Assembly (NCBI GenBank): GCA_038087875.1
Contig: JAXLNO010006153.1
Coordinates: 186,001-250,000, forward strand
Origin: Malacoraja senta
Lineage: Eukaryota
Reading direction: 5' to 3'
Length of the DNA stretch: 64,000 bases
Shown piece by piece: positions 12,906 through 26,470 of the stretch. Position 1 is the first letter of the stretch. The number at the start of each line of letters is the position of its first letter. The notes below the pieces were generated by a model that made no database searches, was not told where the DNA came from, and saw only the letters and a list, made by a program, of their open reading frames with translations. Position numbers and translations under genes: made by a program.

Positions 12906-13072
12906 TTTAGTTTAGTTTAGTTTTAGATTAGAGGTGCAGCGCAGAAACAGGCCCTTCGGCCCACCGGGTCCGTGCCGACCAGCGATCCCCGCATATTAAC
13001 ACTATCCTACACCCACTAGGGACAATTTTTATATTTACCAAGCCAATTAACCTACAAACTTGTACGTCTTTG
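12906..13072 (-). mobile_element. 3' half of the same SINE, inserted in an old repeat
   Basis: (tttag)n tail, gaaacaggcccttcggccca...agccaattaacctacaaac. Confidence 0.85.
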
Positions 13073-16000
13073 CATTAACTTGGTCACTCTCTTCTCTGCT
13101 GCAGCAAAATCTGTTAAGTATTTCCAGCATTTTGGATTTTCATTTAATCCAAACCAGAGCTGTCTCATTATTGACATAAATATAGGATTCTTATTCTTCA
13201 GAGACAGCTAGCTGTAGGCCAGGCAGATTGTGCCCTTGTGTTAAGGCCAATACTCAGCAAATGCTTTATGGTCGACGACAGTAACGGGAGGATTTTAGTG
13301 AAATGTATGTATGGTATCATAAGCCTTAATCTTGAGCAAGGTCTGCAGTGACACTGAAGTGAATTACATTGTCTCGAGAGATGGTTCAAGGCTCATTCAG
13401 CAACATTTATGATGCCAGATATTTGAATCATAGAGAATCTATGATACCGAAAGAGGCCATTTTTTCAGGCAGCTGCGGCTATGCAGATTAGAAAAGAGCA
13501 CCCCTCATCCTAATTCCACCTGCCAGCACGGAGTTTATAGAACAGGCTAGTGTCTTGATTGTTCTTGCCTTTTTACCCTTCTGAGCAGAGAGTTTTAGCC
13601 CAATACTGCCCTCTGCACGAAAGATTGTTTTCTTATCTGCCTTCCACCTATTATTTAATGGTCACTGACTTGGCTCCTTCTGTCCTCCAGGCCCTTCAAA
13701 TCTCTCCTAGGCATCCCCTGCTGCAAAGAAAACAACACTAGCAATCCAGGGAATATCCTCACAAACCTCCTTTGCATCCTCTCCCATTCTAAGATATCTT
13801 TCTGCCAGGAGTGATCAGATCATCTATTGCTCAAGCTGTGGTCCAATGGGTGTTGTTTACAATTCTTGCACAACCTCCCTGTTTTAATGTTCTATGTACC
13901 ATCTTAATTGAAAGCATCGTGTTTGCCTTTTTAACCATCTTATTGACCAGTCCTGCCACCTTTAAAGATCTCTGGGCATAAACTCCAAGGTCCTTTTATT
14001 TGTCCACTCCACTCATTTCTTGCTTGCTGTATTTTCCTGAATGCTTTATCTCACATTCTCTAGTTTAATTTCCATTTGCTACTTTGCCCAATAGATTCCT
14101 TAATGTCAACCATAGAAATAATTGTTGTACCATTTAGAAACTGCTTTATTATGCCCCTTATATTTAAGTTTTAAATCCTTGGCTCCAAGCACTTAAAATA
14201 TTCCTGCATTAATGCTGCTCCTTCAAAGTGCTCATCAGCAAAATCAGGATTTTAAAATTACATGCAAATTACATGCAAAAGTGGTATAACAGCCCGACTT
14301 TCTAAAGTTTCAAGTGGAATCCAAAATCGCCGTGTTTATGTTCTTCCCACTGAAGGTTTCTGGATGTGTCTGGATTATTGCCAGTGGTAACAGACAAGAT
14401 GAAGGTTGTTCTTCACTAGTAGGGATAACAAGGAGCAGCATTTCCTTCAGAGCTACTTGAATACTTCACGCTGCTGCTGAGTATAAAGCAGCAGAAACCG
14501 AGGCTGACAGCAGGCAGTGCCCATGCTGCTGACGTGTGACACAATAGGAGAGAACGAAGTTGAAATATGCAAATAGACAGGCGCAGGATACAAAATGCAA
14601 ATACTTACTAAGTCCCAACTGCATCAAATGCAGAAAAGATCTGGAGTTGAACACACAGGCGTCACCTGGATGAGATCTAAAACCATAGCTGATTAAGGAA
14701 CAAAGACACACTCTTCACAATGCTGTATGCACCGCAGCGACTATCCACGTTCTGAATTATTTCATATCTCAGCGATTATCTGTCCAAAATGACTCATGTA
14801 TGCAAAGAACACCATGTCAGAAAAAGAATCAGGTACACATCAACACTGACCCAGAAGAAGCATGTTACACCAGTGAAAGCAATTGATGGAGAGATACTGA
14901 CATGAAAAGTGTTGGAAATCAAAGATGTGATCTTCCGTTCACCAGCGCAATATTCCTTGTGGCTAAACCCTTTGTGTTTCAATATCAATAAAAACACAGA
15001 ACAAATGTGCGATAGGTATAAGATTCAAATGGTTAGAAAGCACTCAAAGCTACAATCAGCATAGCTCTCGGGCTAAAATGAGAGAGATGAGAGATCTCTC
15101 AGTGAGGGATCAGTAGCTGTCACTGTTCTACACGTGGGTATCTTTACACAGCCATAGCTTGACCAGCTTCACCCATACCTTCAGACCAGCCTGGGTCACT
15201 GTTGTCACTGCTGCTGCCCACAAGTGGGCAGACAAATGAGGTAGGGGGGTGGGGGGGGGGGGTACTTGCAGCAATGTAGCTTTACTTAGAACCACAACAG
15301 TAACCCACATTGATATTAGTGACACAAAGGCAAATTCCTTTAGTGGTGAAAATCTGAAATACAAACAAGAAAATTCTTAAAAGCACTTAACTGGAAGATT
15401 TACAGGTCTTAATCATGCCCACAGAACAATGTTGTACGTCTAAGCCTTCATTGTAAGTGTGGTCAAAGGAGGACAGTTGAGAAGCACTCAGTGTTGAATG
15501 TTTGTACGTCTCTCGGTTCCTTCCACACCTGCTCACAATGCTAAGCCCAGCGATGGATTAGTGCTGGGGAAAGGGTCAGGATATACTCTGCACTTAGCTT
15601 TACTTGAGGGGGCTGGTGCAGCTATATTGGCTTCCTCCTATGGAGTACGGACAAAGATAAGTATTTTGACTATTTTCCTTCTTTACATACCCCTTTTAGT
15701 ATTCTAATGACTATAGTTTGATCCATATTTTACTTAACTCCATTGGCCCCTGGAGGCAGATACGATAATATAATTTAAGAGGTTTTTGGATAGGCCCATG
15801 GATTATGCAGGGAATGGAAGGATATGGATCATGTGCAGGCAGAGGAGATTAGTTTAACCTGGCACTATGTTTGACATGGAAATTGTGGGTTGAAGGCCTG
15901 TTCCCTTGCTGTACTGTTCTCTGCCTACTTGAAATGGTTTTAAAATGTCTCTTGACGATAAGGGACATTTAAAACGTATTAAAAGATTTCGACAATGCTG

Positions 16001-17519
16001 TTGTGGGGCCATCCCCACCATCACAAATGCTTGTTGGGTGCAAAGGTCTGATTGACCAGCCCACCACATCTGGCAGATGTGCAGCAGGTATAAGTGTTGG
16101 GGCAATGAATCAGGGCAGGAGGTGCGAGCCAGCCCATGGATGGGGTCAAAAATTATTCATCATTCCCGATGAGAAGTTACTTCTGCTTCTATCTTTACAG
16201 ATGCTGCCTGACTTACTGTGTAACCACAATTGGTGAAGGTTTTTAATGTTTGCTGCTGGCAACTTAAAATAATTGTCATGTCATGAGTTTTGTGAAAGAC
16301 TATTGTGCATGAATTTACTTTAACTTATTACAGAGTTATATTCAGAGATGAGACGTGCAGTGTTGGAGAGGAATTTTATAGCCCAAGAAATGAATTGGGC
16401 AAGATGCTAAAACTTTATATAACATTAATAAAATATTAAAACATATTCCTGAGCCAGGAGCATTTTTGGAATGTTGGTATTTTGTGAAAGGTTTGTGCAC
16501 CTTGTGATTTTACATGTTCTAGCACTAGCCAGCTGAGTTCCCCAAGCATCGGGATGCCTGACTGATTGGCTGCAGTGCTCGAGGAGAAGGTTATTCCACT
16601 TGCATGCTCCCCTCTCCCATCAGGCAGAAGATACAAAAGCCTGAAAGCACTTAACACCAGATTTGGGAACAGCTTCTTCTCCACTATCAGAACAGACATG
16701 ATGGGCCAAATGACCTAATTCTGCTCCTATGTCTTATGTTAGACCTAAATTAACCGCATCACTGATCTTCCAAACTCCTATGCTCTGGTCTCTAATCCTC
16801 CCTTTGTCTTCACTCGACCCACCTCCCTGTCCTATCCCTCCTTCCTTCCCGTGGGCTGCAGCCTGGTATTAATGCCTGTCACCTTCCCCTGTTTGCACCA
16901 TCTCTCTCCAACCACCTCCTCCCCAATCCTCCGTTCCTCTCATTTCCAAATGTTTCTCACCTTTACTTCCTCAGAAGACATACTGAATTTTTAAATTCAG
17001 TTTATTTTGACAACAGTTCTACCACAAGACCGCAAGCAATTGCCAAAAGTTGAGGATTTAGTCCAACACGTAAACCTACCTCCCCCACCCCCCTCTCCCC
17101 CTCCCCCCATGACTTCCTCCACACCACACTGCCTTAGGAAAACATTCAACATCACCAAAGACTAATTATATCTGCACTTCCTCTGTAACTAACAGTATAA
17201 TGCTCTAACATTCTACTTTGCAGTCTAGTCATTTTTACGATGTGTTAACCATTGTACTTGTGTATGGCTTCATTGTACTTATGTACAGCATAATTTGACT
17301 GGGTATCATGCACACAACAGTTTTCTCTGTACCTTGGTACGCATGACCAAAATAAACCACTACCAATGCAGTCAGCCACCAGTAATAATAAGAAAATGCT
17401 AATTAGTTCTTGACACTAAATTGAGTAGGACTCATAAAAATCCCTTTTTGTCAAGATTCCTAACCATAAACCTTGTTGAATTACAGCACAATTGTATTTA
17501 AGTCACATATGGAATACTG

Positions 17520-18560
17520 TAGGTATGTTACAAAACTTACCTTCAGTCGCGCTGTAATTCTGCCACTGGCCGTGTGCGCGATTTTGGCGCCTTTAAGGGG
17601 GGGCGGGGTTAAAACGCGGGTTTCTCCTCCCTTGTCCTGGGAATATTTTGTTGGAGTACAAGCCTTGGCTGACAAAATCGTTCCTACCGGCGTTTTGTGA
17701 ATTTTTTATTTTTATTAAATCGTCAATGTCAGCGCTACAGTAATTTAAAAAGCAGCTCCTGAAGCGTCAACGCCGATAACGGGGACGGATTTCACACAAG
17801 GGACAGGTAAACGAAAGTGCTTTCTTTAAATGTATAAAAGTGCTTCTTAAGAAGCCTTTAATTCACATTTTGTCATGCGACACGGTGATTTTATTCCCCG
17901 AATTAACGGCAGTATTTTTCATGCCAATACGGGGTTAAATTCACCGCAAATCAACGTTCCAAAAGATCGCGTTCCAGAAATCCTCACTCGCAAGATGAAT
18001 TAAATCCCCATTAATTTACAGGTATTAAACATTCAATTCCTTCCATTTGGCCTGTAAATTCATGAAAATTTGATTTAAAAATTATGTTATATTGTGAATT
18101 ATTGTGTGAATGTTATTTGGACACTTAGGCTATTTAAAAATGTTAATCTATTCTTAAGAAATTGATAGATGTTTAGATCTAGTAATTGAATTTTGTAATT
18201 AGCTACAATTAGGTAACTAACTAATTATATGCTTTACTTTCATGTCTTCGAAGTAAGATTGTTTCATATTTGTTTCAGAATGCTTCAATCTATAATAACT
18301 GAAAATTTCTTTCAGTTATCATAATTTTTAAGAAAGTTATGGGCTTTTAACTGTCCTCGATCACAGCTTTTGTGTTAAGTCAATGGAAAAGCAATAGGGA
18401 ACTAGATGCTAATTTCTGAGTATGATAATGGCCATAACTTTTTTAATACTGAAGATATGAAAGTGAATTAAGTGTCAAATTAAACTTCTTTTTATGCTTT
18501 ATCTGATGGGATAAATTGCAGACTTTATTCTTAAAATCTCAAAATTTTGTAACATTGCTA
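17520..18560. mobile_element. Non-autonomous DNA transposon (hAT-like termini)
   Basis: Imperfect TIRs TAGGTATGTTACAAAA and TTTTGTAACATTGCTA. Flanking direct repeat AATACTG at 17513-17519 and 18561-18567. CpG-rich left end, AT-rich right end. Confidence 0.8.
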
Positions 18561-20796
18561 AATACTGTACTACTGCTGCCCTCTGATAAAAGCATTGTCA
18601 CCTTTATAAAGAAGATTTACAGAGTTACCCCCCCCCCCAAAAAAAAATCATTTAGCAAACCCTTTTCTGAATTTGTTTGTTATTTTCCACAGTCACCATA
18701 ACAAACTGCTAAGTATTTAAAAAACTGCAGGAAAGGTCAGCAGACAATTGATTACACAACAATGCAGCTCATTTCTGTTTTCTGTGATAAGGAGAGCCAT
18801 ATCTTTTCCCGAATGGTTCTCCAAGTACCTTTCACCAGCGATATTGATGAAAAGCTCCCATTTAGTGTGTGTCTCACGTCCTAGGTGCAGCTAAACATTG
18901 AGTCAATAAAGTACATTAGTTGTGGAAACATAATCCACTCAAAGCATGAGCTAATTGACTGGTATGATTGGCAGACATAAAGTGGTTAAGGGACAAGTAT
19001 ATCTTTCTGCAAAACATAATACTGCTGAACATTCCATTATTTCATTCCTTTATAGAGAACTTCAAAGCAAATTCTTTCACATTTAGAAATGTCTGTCCAG
19101 AGTATTTCAGTCCCTTATAAAACTTTTGATATTTCTAAGGATACCCTTCAAATTATAGATATATAGCATTTGATTGCAGTGGTTTCATTTAAGCTGCAGT
19201 GAAGATCTACAGTGAAGATCTTCCCCAGTGACTTAATAAATAATTGTACCAAACAGATTTACAGGGACAGAGCTTGATCTTTGCAAAATGTGACAATTGA
19301 AATCCAAGTATCAGCCTCAGCTTTATTTTCACATGGAACCTATGTGTCATTGGAAGGATGACAATTTATTGTCTCAGGGGAAATGGTGGAGCCCTTGTTA
19401 TACAAGCACTGTCAGACAGATAATCTGAGGAGTTTGGTTCAGCTGAGTAGTTTGCTGCCCCATTTCAGAACAGTCGACTAATTTACTGTTGGCCTCAAAT
19501 CACATGTGAGCCCCACAAGATAATGATGGCAAATCTGCTTTCCTAAAAGACATCGTTGAACTGGATGGGTTTAATGACATTCCAGTAGATTTCTGATCAC
19601 TGGACCTAGCTTTCCAAATTCCAGATTTTGATTATAGATTTCCCACCTGCCTTGGTGATATACAGAGGCCAGGGACACAGACTAGCCAACTCTCACTCAC
19701 TGGATGTCTGACAATAACATGGCATTTCCTACCCCAATGTATCCCTGAGCTCATTGATGTTTTTCAGGGCTGGGACACACTGGCAAGCTCTGGCAGAGTA
19801 GAGGTTGCAGAGGCACAAATTCTTACAGTGCAACAAAGGCAGGCCACAAGACGGCACGCGTGTTTGGAGGTTGCAACTAGTTCCCATGAACTTTGGACAG
19901 CTGGGAAATAATTTCTAGAGTGCATCAAGTGATCTGATAACTTTCCTTCCCTTTTGATAAGTTGAATTTTGGCATAAGTCCACAATCACATTTTGTGTTC
20001 TTTTTAACATTTACTAAACTTGTCTAACGTCTTAGACCCGAAGAACAACCTTTATAGTTTCAATTTGGACTTTGTCCAGCATCGATCTCTGCAGTCTTGG
20101 AGCCAAGTCTTTTCCGAAAAATTTTAAACTTTAAAAAGTCGAAGACCCTCTCTTGGGAGATGGGGGCAAAAGTTCAATATTCCCAGATTTGTACAGCCTG
20201 GACCTCAGCCCTTGTTCAAAATTCAGATGAAAAAGCTATAGTGTGCCCATGAAAGCAACACTTACAATGAATAGTGTGTATGCAAGGCAAATTATCTGGA
20301 ACTAGAATGCAAGGTTTTAAATTTGTTAGGAATGATGTTCCCCTTTTATGTGGAAGCATATAACCACCTTAAAAAGAGTTACATAATAGTGCCAAATGCC
20401 GTTTTTATAGCTAATGGTTTAATCGTTTTGATTGCTGTTGTGATATTGCCCAGTTAAATGTTCAAATAACATTCCATAGTATCTACTTAATTTATTTACC
20501 TTTCAATTAGATTGATCAAACTAATCTCCTCATTTAAAAAAAATACATTCTCTAAAGAAACTGACATTCCAGTCTCTAAGGAAAAAGTAGTTTGGATCAT
20601 GCATTTGGTTTGAAGTGGAGATGAAATCAATAAAAACACTAAAGAGACTATAAGATTAAGTAAAAATGCAATCTTTTTTCACGTGATCCTACGTGAAATA
20701 GAAATCATGTTTAAAATTTAGTAACATATATGAAAGTTTCATGTAATTGCTATTTTACTTTTTACTAATCAAAATCTATATATTTACTTTTTAATA

Positions 20797-20850
20797 TATA
20801 GCATGTTTAATCAACATCAAATGTATAGCATGTTTAATCAACATCAAATG
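20797..20850. repeat. Perfect 27-bp tandem duplication
   Basis: TATAGCATGTTTAATCAACATCAAATG x2. Confidence 0.9.
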
Positions 20851-21540
20851 AATTGCTGAGAGAAGGCACATTGACCACTGGGATTATTGCCTAACATGAT
20901 GACAGATCAAGGATGATATGATTTTTAGAGTGATCCAAGAATAACATTATAATTGAAGTTATAAAAACAACAAGGCAACATAACAGGCACATTAATAAAA
21001 TAACAAACACATTAGGTAATAAAAATGTGGAATCCAAGTAAATTATCTAGATTTATTAGCTTCAAATTAATTAAATTCCATTAATTTACTTTGGTTATAT
21101 AGATTGTATATTACTATTAATTTAGTTTCTATTCATTTATTTTTGGTATCAATTAGTTATAGTTTAACATAAATGTAATATGATCAAATAGATAACCACT
21201 GTGACAATGTGATACAGAAAACAAACATCCTTGAGTTGACGACCTTTTTTTTTAAAAGCTTGTGTCCACTGACCATATCCCTAACCAGAAGTTACAGTAT
21301 TAACTTTGGTCCTTGAGGGATCTCCAAAACCCACCGGTTTTTGTTACAATCAGTAAATAATTGCTTCTGATAAAATCCATTTGTTTGCACTCTCACAGAA
21401 GTCTGGAGTGTGTATGAACGAGTGCATTTAGCAATGGGGTGTTTGCATTGCGCACATCAAAATTAACTATCATCTGCTTGTTCGATTGAAAACTTGGATC
21501 GCAAAATAGACCAAAGAAGAGACTGGCTTAAAAATTGAGT

Positions 21541-21717
21541 AGGAAGGAACTACAGATGCTGGTTTACACTGAAGATAGACACAAAATGCTGGAGTAACTC
21601 AGCGGGACAGGCAGCATCTCTGGATAGAACGCTGAGACTCTTCTTCTAAGGGTCTTGACCCAAAACATCACCCATTCCTTCTGTCCAGATATACTGCCTA
21701 TCCCGCTGAGTTACTCT
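21541..21717. mobile_element. Head-to-head inverted pair of Penelope-derived units
   Basis: Minus copy 21541-21646 directly abuts plus copy 21648-21717 at their hammerhead ends. Confidence 0.78.
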
Positions 21718-22361
21718 ATTTTATGGGTTAAAATGAGTTGTCTATCTTATGGCTTAAAAATTAATCTGTGCAACACAAAGGAAAATGGTGTTGTGCAACA
21801 CCAACCAATTTTAATCACAGTTCTTAGGGAGTTAAAGGCAGTAGTTAATGCTATGATTTTTTTGATGTGTCTAGTATGTTTTCTGATGACTGGCTTACCC
21901 AAACCACATCAACACTTGTGCAATACCCAGAACTAGTTTCTGGCCTGATTGTTAACCACGGTCTAAATGATGGTATTGTTCGCTACAGAAGAACCAGTTC
22001 TTTGTAATGCTGGAGGCTAAAACTAATTGGTATCAAAGGTTTCAGGCGCATCTCTCCTGCAGTTGATAGTAGAGCTGCCAAAGAAGGTTCAAATGGGCTG
22101 ACACAGTCCACAAATAGGATCCCAGTCACCCCAGCCACTTTCAGCAGATTTCCGCTCAAAAGCAAGCACCCGGAAAAAATGCCAGAACAAAGAAAATCCA
22201 GCAAAAAGTCAAGATAGTTTGATTTTCATCTGGACAGAAATATGGTAAAAATTGGAGAAAGATATCTGACAAAAAACTCAGAAGGATGTTGCCAAATTGG
22301 TGCCTGTCAGAGCACAAGTCTCTGTAAATGCCCTGCACTTTGTGGAGCCCTACACTCCAGC

Positions 22362-23260
22362 ATTATTATTATTATTATTATTTTTTTATTTTTTTTATTT
22401 TTTAGAAAAGAAAAGAAAAAAAGAGAATAGATAATAAAAGATAGAAAAACTTGTGATATGTAGTGTGTGAAAAGGAAAAAAGGGTGAAAGAAGAAAAGTG
22501 AAGAAAAGAAGATAGAAAGAGAAAGAGTAGAAAGTAAGAAATTAAGGAGATCGTTATTTATATTCTTGACCATCCCTCACCCAGTCCTGAAACAGTTAGC
22601 TTCTACGATTTTGTTGCACCATATGCTTCCAAAAAGTCGACAAATGGAGACCAACTCGTTAAGAATTGGTCTGATTTATCTATTAGGAGGAATCGCATTT
22701 CCTCAAGACGTGCGGTATCCAACATATTTGAAATCCACATTTTAAGCGTTGGTATGGGTGTATTTTTCCAAAATTTAAGTGTACGTTTTTTTGCCGTTAT
22801 TAACCCATAATTAAAAAATAAATTTTGAGATGAGTTCAATTTGTTCCCGTCTTCCATTACTCAAAATATAATCATTTCAGTATTAGGTTCCATTTTTATC
22901 TTGAATAATTTTGTAAATATTTCAAAAATATCACCCCAGAATTTATAAAGTTTTATGCAGGAAACAAAAGAGTGTGTTATATTTGCATTTTGGGATAGAC
23001 ATTTATCACAAATGGGGGAAGTATTTGGATAGAATTTATTCAAACTAGTTTTTGAATAATATAATCTATGTAAAATTTGAATTGAATTAAATTATGTCTT
23101 ACATTAATCAAACATTTGTGTATATATATCAAATACTTTTCCCATGTTTCCTTCGTGATTTTTATCATTAATTCTCGTTCCCACTCTTCTCTGTGCCTCT
23201 GTCGATGGTAGTTCTATATTTAAAATACTATTATATAAGTATGATATTAATTTCTGCATC
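22362..23260 (-). mobile_element. L1-type LINE 3' fragment (broken ORF2 C-terminus, 3'UTR, A-rich tail)
   Basis: ORFs 22861..23043 and 22603..22857 give CDKC-x8-H-x4-C-x6-W (zinc knuckle) and AKK..LKFWK...PTLKMW...LEEMR, typical of fish L1. T-rich UTR and an A-rich/(aat)n tail at 22362-22403. Confidence 0.85.
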
Positions 23261-24254
23261 ATTATAAAGTCACATTCACCAAAGAGGTGGTTTTCCATTT
23301 ATCAAGTATTTCTTGACTTCCCTAATTCAGCGGGGAGCAAAGTGCCAGATCTGGAATTTCTCAATAGAGACGCTGTAAAGATCATGGGGCAAGGTTTCTG
23401 AAATAAGGATGACTTTGAGTTCAAGAATAATGAAGGCATGGGTTTATTCGACATTTGTGGTCTGCTAACTATTGCATGAAAGAGGTATGCGGAAACCAAC
23501 TGCTTAAATGTCACATGAGGAAGCTTGCTGGTGTAGTTTGGAGCTGACACAAATGAATTTCATGATTTCTACTTAAAACTTTAAAAACAAATTGCTTTAG
23601 ACAGCACCCGAGGTCGGGATTGAACCCAGGGCTTTGGGACTGTGAGGCAGTGGCTCTAGCAGCTGCAGCACTCTGCTGATAGTCTCCTCCACTCCAAAGA
23701 AAGTTTGAAGAAATCTCTCCCCATAACCAAAGTCGTCCATGCTAGGCAACATACCAGTAAATCTCCTCTACATGTACCAAAATCTACCAAATGTAATTTA
23801 TAACTTCCTTTGTCAATTGTCTCATCTTCCGAGTTACTCTTTGTCATTTCCATTTGTAATTTCACCTTTTAGAATTTGGTTCCAGCAACAAACGCACGCA
23901 TCACTATGACATTCAAAGCACTCAGACCCTTGCTCCAGCCACATGCTGAGACCCAGGCTCAGTCACACAGCAGCACATGTGATCTTCACCCTTACTGAGG
24001 TCAAGTCTGAGCTACACAACGTCACGAGACTCACCCTTCCTGAAATCCAGTCTCAGAGACACGCAGCATCATGTGCGTGGCACAAAACTTGCACGGCGGA
24101 CCCTTCCTCTTTGAAGCTGTCATTGCTTTTGGTTTCCCCTCTAGTCTCTTACCCTTCTTGATCTTCAGTCTGATACAAACAGGCTCAATTTTTCAACTTG
24201 CTCTGAATTTGTAACAACCTGTTATTTTGTCTTATTTCGCATTTCTTATTTCCT

Positions 24255-24840
24255 AGCATTTATTTCAAGAGGGGTAGAATACAAAAACAGGGATGTAATG
24301 CTGAGGCTCTATGAGGCGCTGGTCAGGCTGCATTTGGAGTATTGTGAACAATTTTGGGCACCATATCTGAGGAAGGATGTGCTGGCTCTGGAAAGGGTCC
24401 AGAGGAGGTTTACAAGAAAGATCCCAGGAATGAGTGGGTTAACATATGATGAATGTTTGATGGCACTGGGCCTGTACTCTGAGCTTAGAAGAATGAGGGG
24501 GGACCTCATTGCAATGTACAGAATAGTGAAAGACTTGGATAGAGTGGATGTGAAGAGGATGTTTCCACTAGTGAGAGAGTCTAGGGCTCGAGGTCATACT
24601 CAGAATTATAGGACGTTCCTTTAGGAACGAGATGAGAAGGAATTTATTTAGTCAGTGGTGAATCTGTGGAATGGATATTTTTAAAGCAGAGATAGATAAG
24701 ACTCTTGATTAGTATGGGTGTCAGGGGTTATGGGGAAATGGCAGGAGAATGGGGTTAGGAGGAAGAGATAGATCAGCCATGATTGAATGGCAGAATAGAC
24801 TTAATGGGCCAAATGGCCTAATTCTGCTCCTATCACATGA
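24255..24840 (+). mobile_element. CR1 LINE 3' fragment
   Basis: ORF 24298..24624 LYEALVRLHLEYCEQFWAPYLRKDVLALERVQRRFT...RRMRGDLI, and CR1 tail atgggccaaatggcctaattctgctcct. Confidence 0.92.
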
Positions 24841-25539
24841 CAGTATGCTAGCTTTGTCATTAGAATTGCTAAAGAGGGCAGGGTGCTGTTGTTTAGTGAA
24901 CTGACTTCCACCTTGCAAAGACTTCCAGTCTGACATTTCCTGCTACCTTCTCTTGGATTATGAGCCTTCCACTGAACATCAAGCCACCATTTCCCAGAGT
25001 TCCATGACCTCATCCCACCTTCTTCCCACGTACGTCCTTCCTTGAATCGATTAACTGGATTGTGCTATGGAACACTTGTCTCAGCCCATTCCTGAGCAAG
25101 AACAGAAGAGGTTGGGTGTGCCGACTCTTGAAGTTGATGAAGTCAACACAGAGTTCAGAAGGGTATATCGTGCCCAGTGGAAGATGGGCTGTCTTACAGA
25201 AATCTTGCAAGTGGTAAAGGACAGAGAAGTAAGTGCAGCTAGGAATGAGACAGGGAATTAAAGTCATAGGGTAATAGTAACCCAAAGCCATGATGTAGAC
25301 TGAAGCAGGTGTTGAAGCAGGCAGTGCTACTTTTGAAAACCTTTAATTCTTCATTGATATAGAGCACCTACTTTCAGAAATGTTCAATGAACATTACAAA
25401 TCAGTCCCACGCAAAGGTGCCCAAACATTCTCAATCTTTGGGTCCCCAAAACATCATGTATTCGGTCATGGACTCATTATCATGCAGTAAGATCTAAGAT
25501 GTTTATGTAGATATAAAAAAATGCAGGCAATTGTTCAAA

Positions 25540-26470
25540 AATATTGGAAACTTGGAAAGTTGAGATTGTCTGGTCAATCACCCCAACCCCAGGACATTGC
25601 TGGAGTACCTCAAGACTATCTACTAAGCCCAACGGTCTTCAGTTGCTTCAATGATCTTCCGTTCATCACCAGATCAGAAGTGGAGAATTTTTCTGATGAG
25701 GCACAATATGCAACTTGTCAGCAAATGAAGCAGTCAAAACCTGGAGAGCATTCAAGTATGAGCTGATATCGAATATGTAACATCTGTGCTAGAAAATTGC
25801 CAGGTGATCTCAATCTGCAGCAAATGTGTGTCTATATGCCTATATAACCATAACTATATGCCTACTGACATGACCATCGAGTTCTACACCATCTATTTCC
25901 TGGGGGTGTCAGGCACCACTGACCAGCAACATAAATGGATGGGCAACATGAACACTGTGGTCATTTTCACGTCAGAGTCAAGGTATCCTGTAACAATACC
26001 TCAATGTCCAATAGTATTCATGTCCTTTGCTCCATTTGGATTGCACATTTCATGAGAGTGATGGAGTACCCTCCACTTGCCTGGATGACTACAGATCCAA
26101 TAACACTCATGAATCTTGCACCATCCTGGACAAAGCAGCCTGCTTGATACACCCTGGACACCACCCGACATATTAATTTCCTTTACTACCAGGGCATTGC
26201 ATGTACACCACCAACAAAAATCATTGCGGTTACCCAACTCAACTACTTCAGGCCTCTCAAGCCCACGAGATCTTGCGGCAAGGAGTTCAGTCGGCTCCAG
26301 GAAATGTCACCATGTGCAGTTTCCGCTGTTAGTTATACTCTATCCTGACTTGCAAATATATCACCATTACGTTACTGGCGATGGGTCAAAATCCTTGACC
26401 TTTCAAGAGCATGATGGCACCATCATATTCAGAGGTGGCTCATCACCTTCTCAAGATCAATCAGGAATGG
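25540..26470 (+). mobile_element. Old degraded LINE (CR1/L2 group) RT and 3' region
   Basis: GVPQDYLLSPTVFSCFNDLP (RT motif GVPQGSVLGPxxF). Homologous pieces at about 7790-8720 (+) and 33970-35490 (-). Confidence 0.6.
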
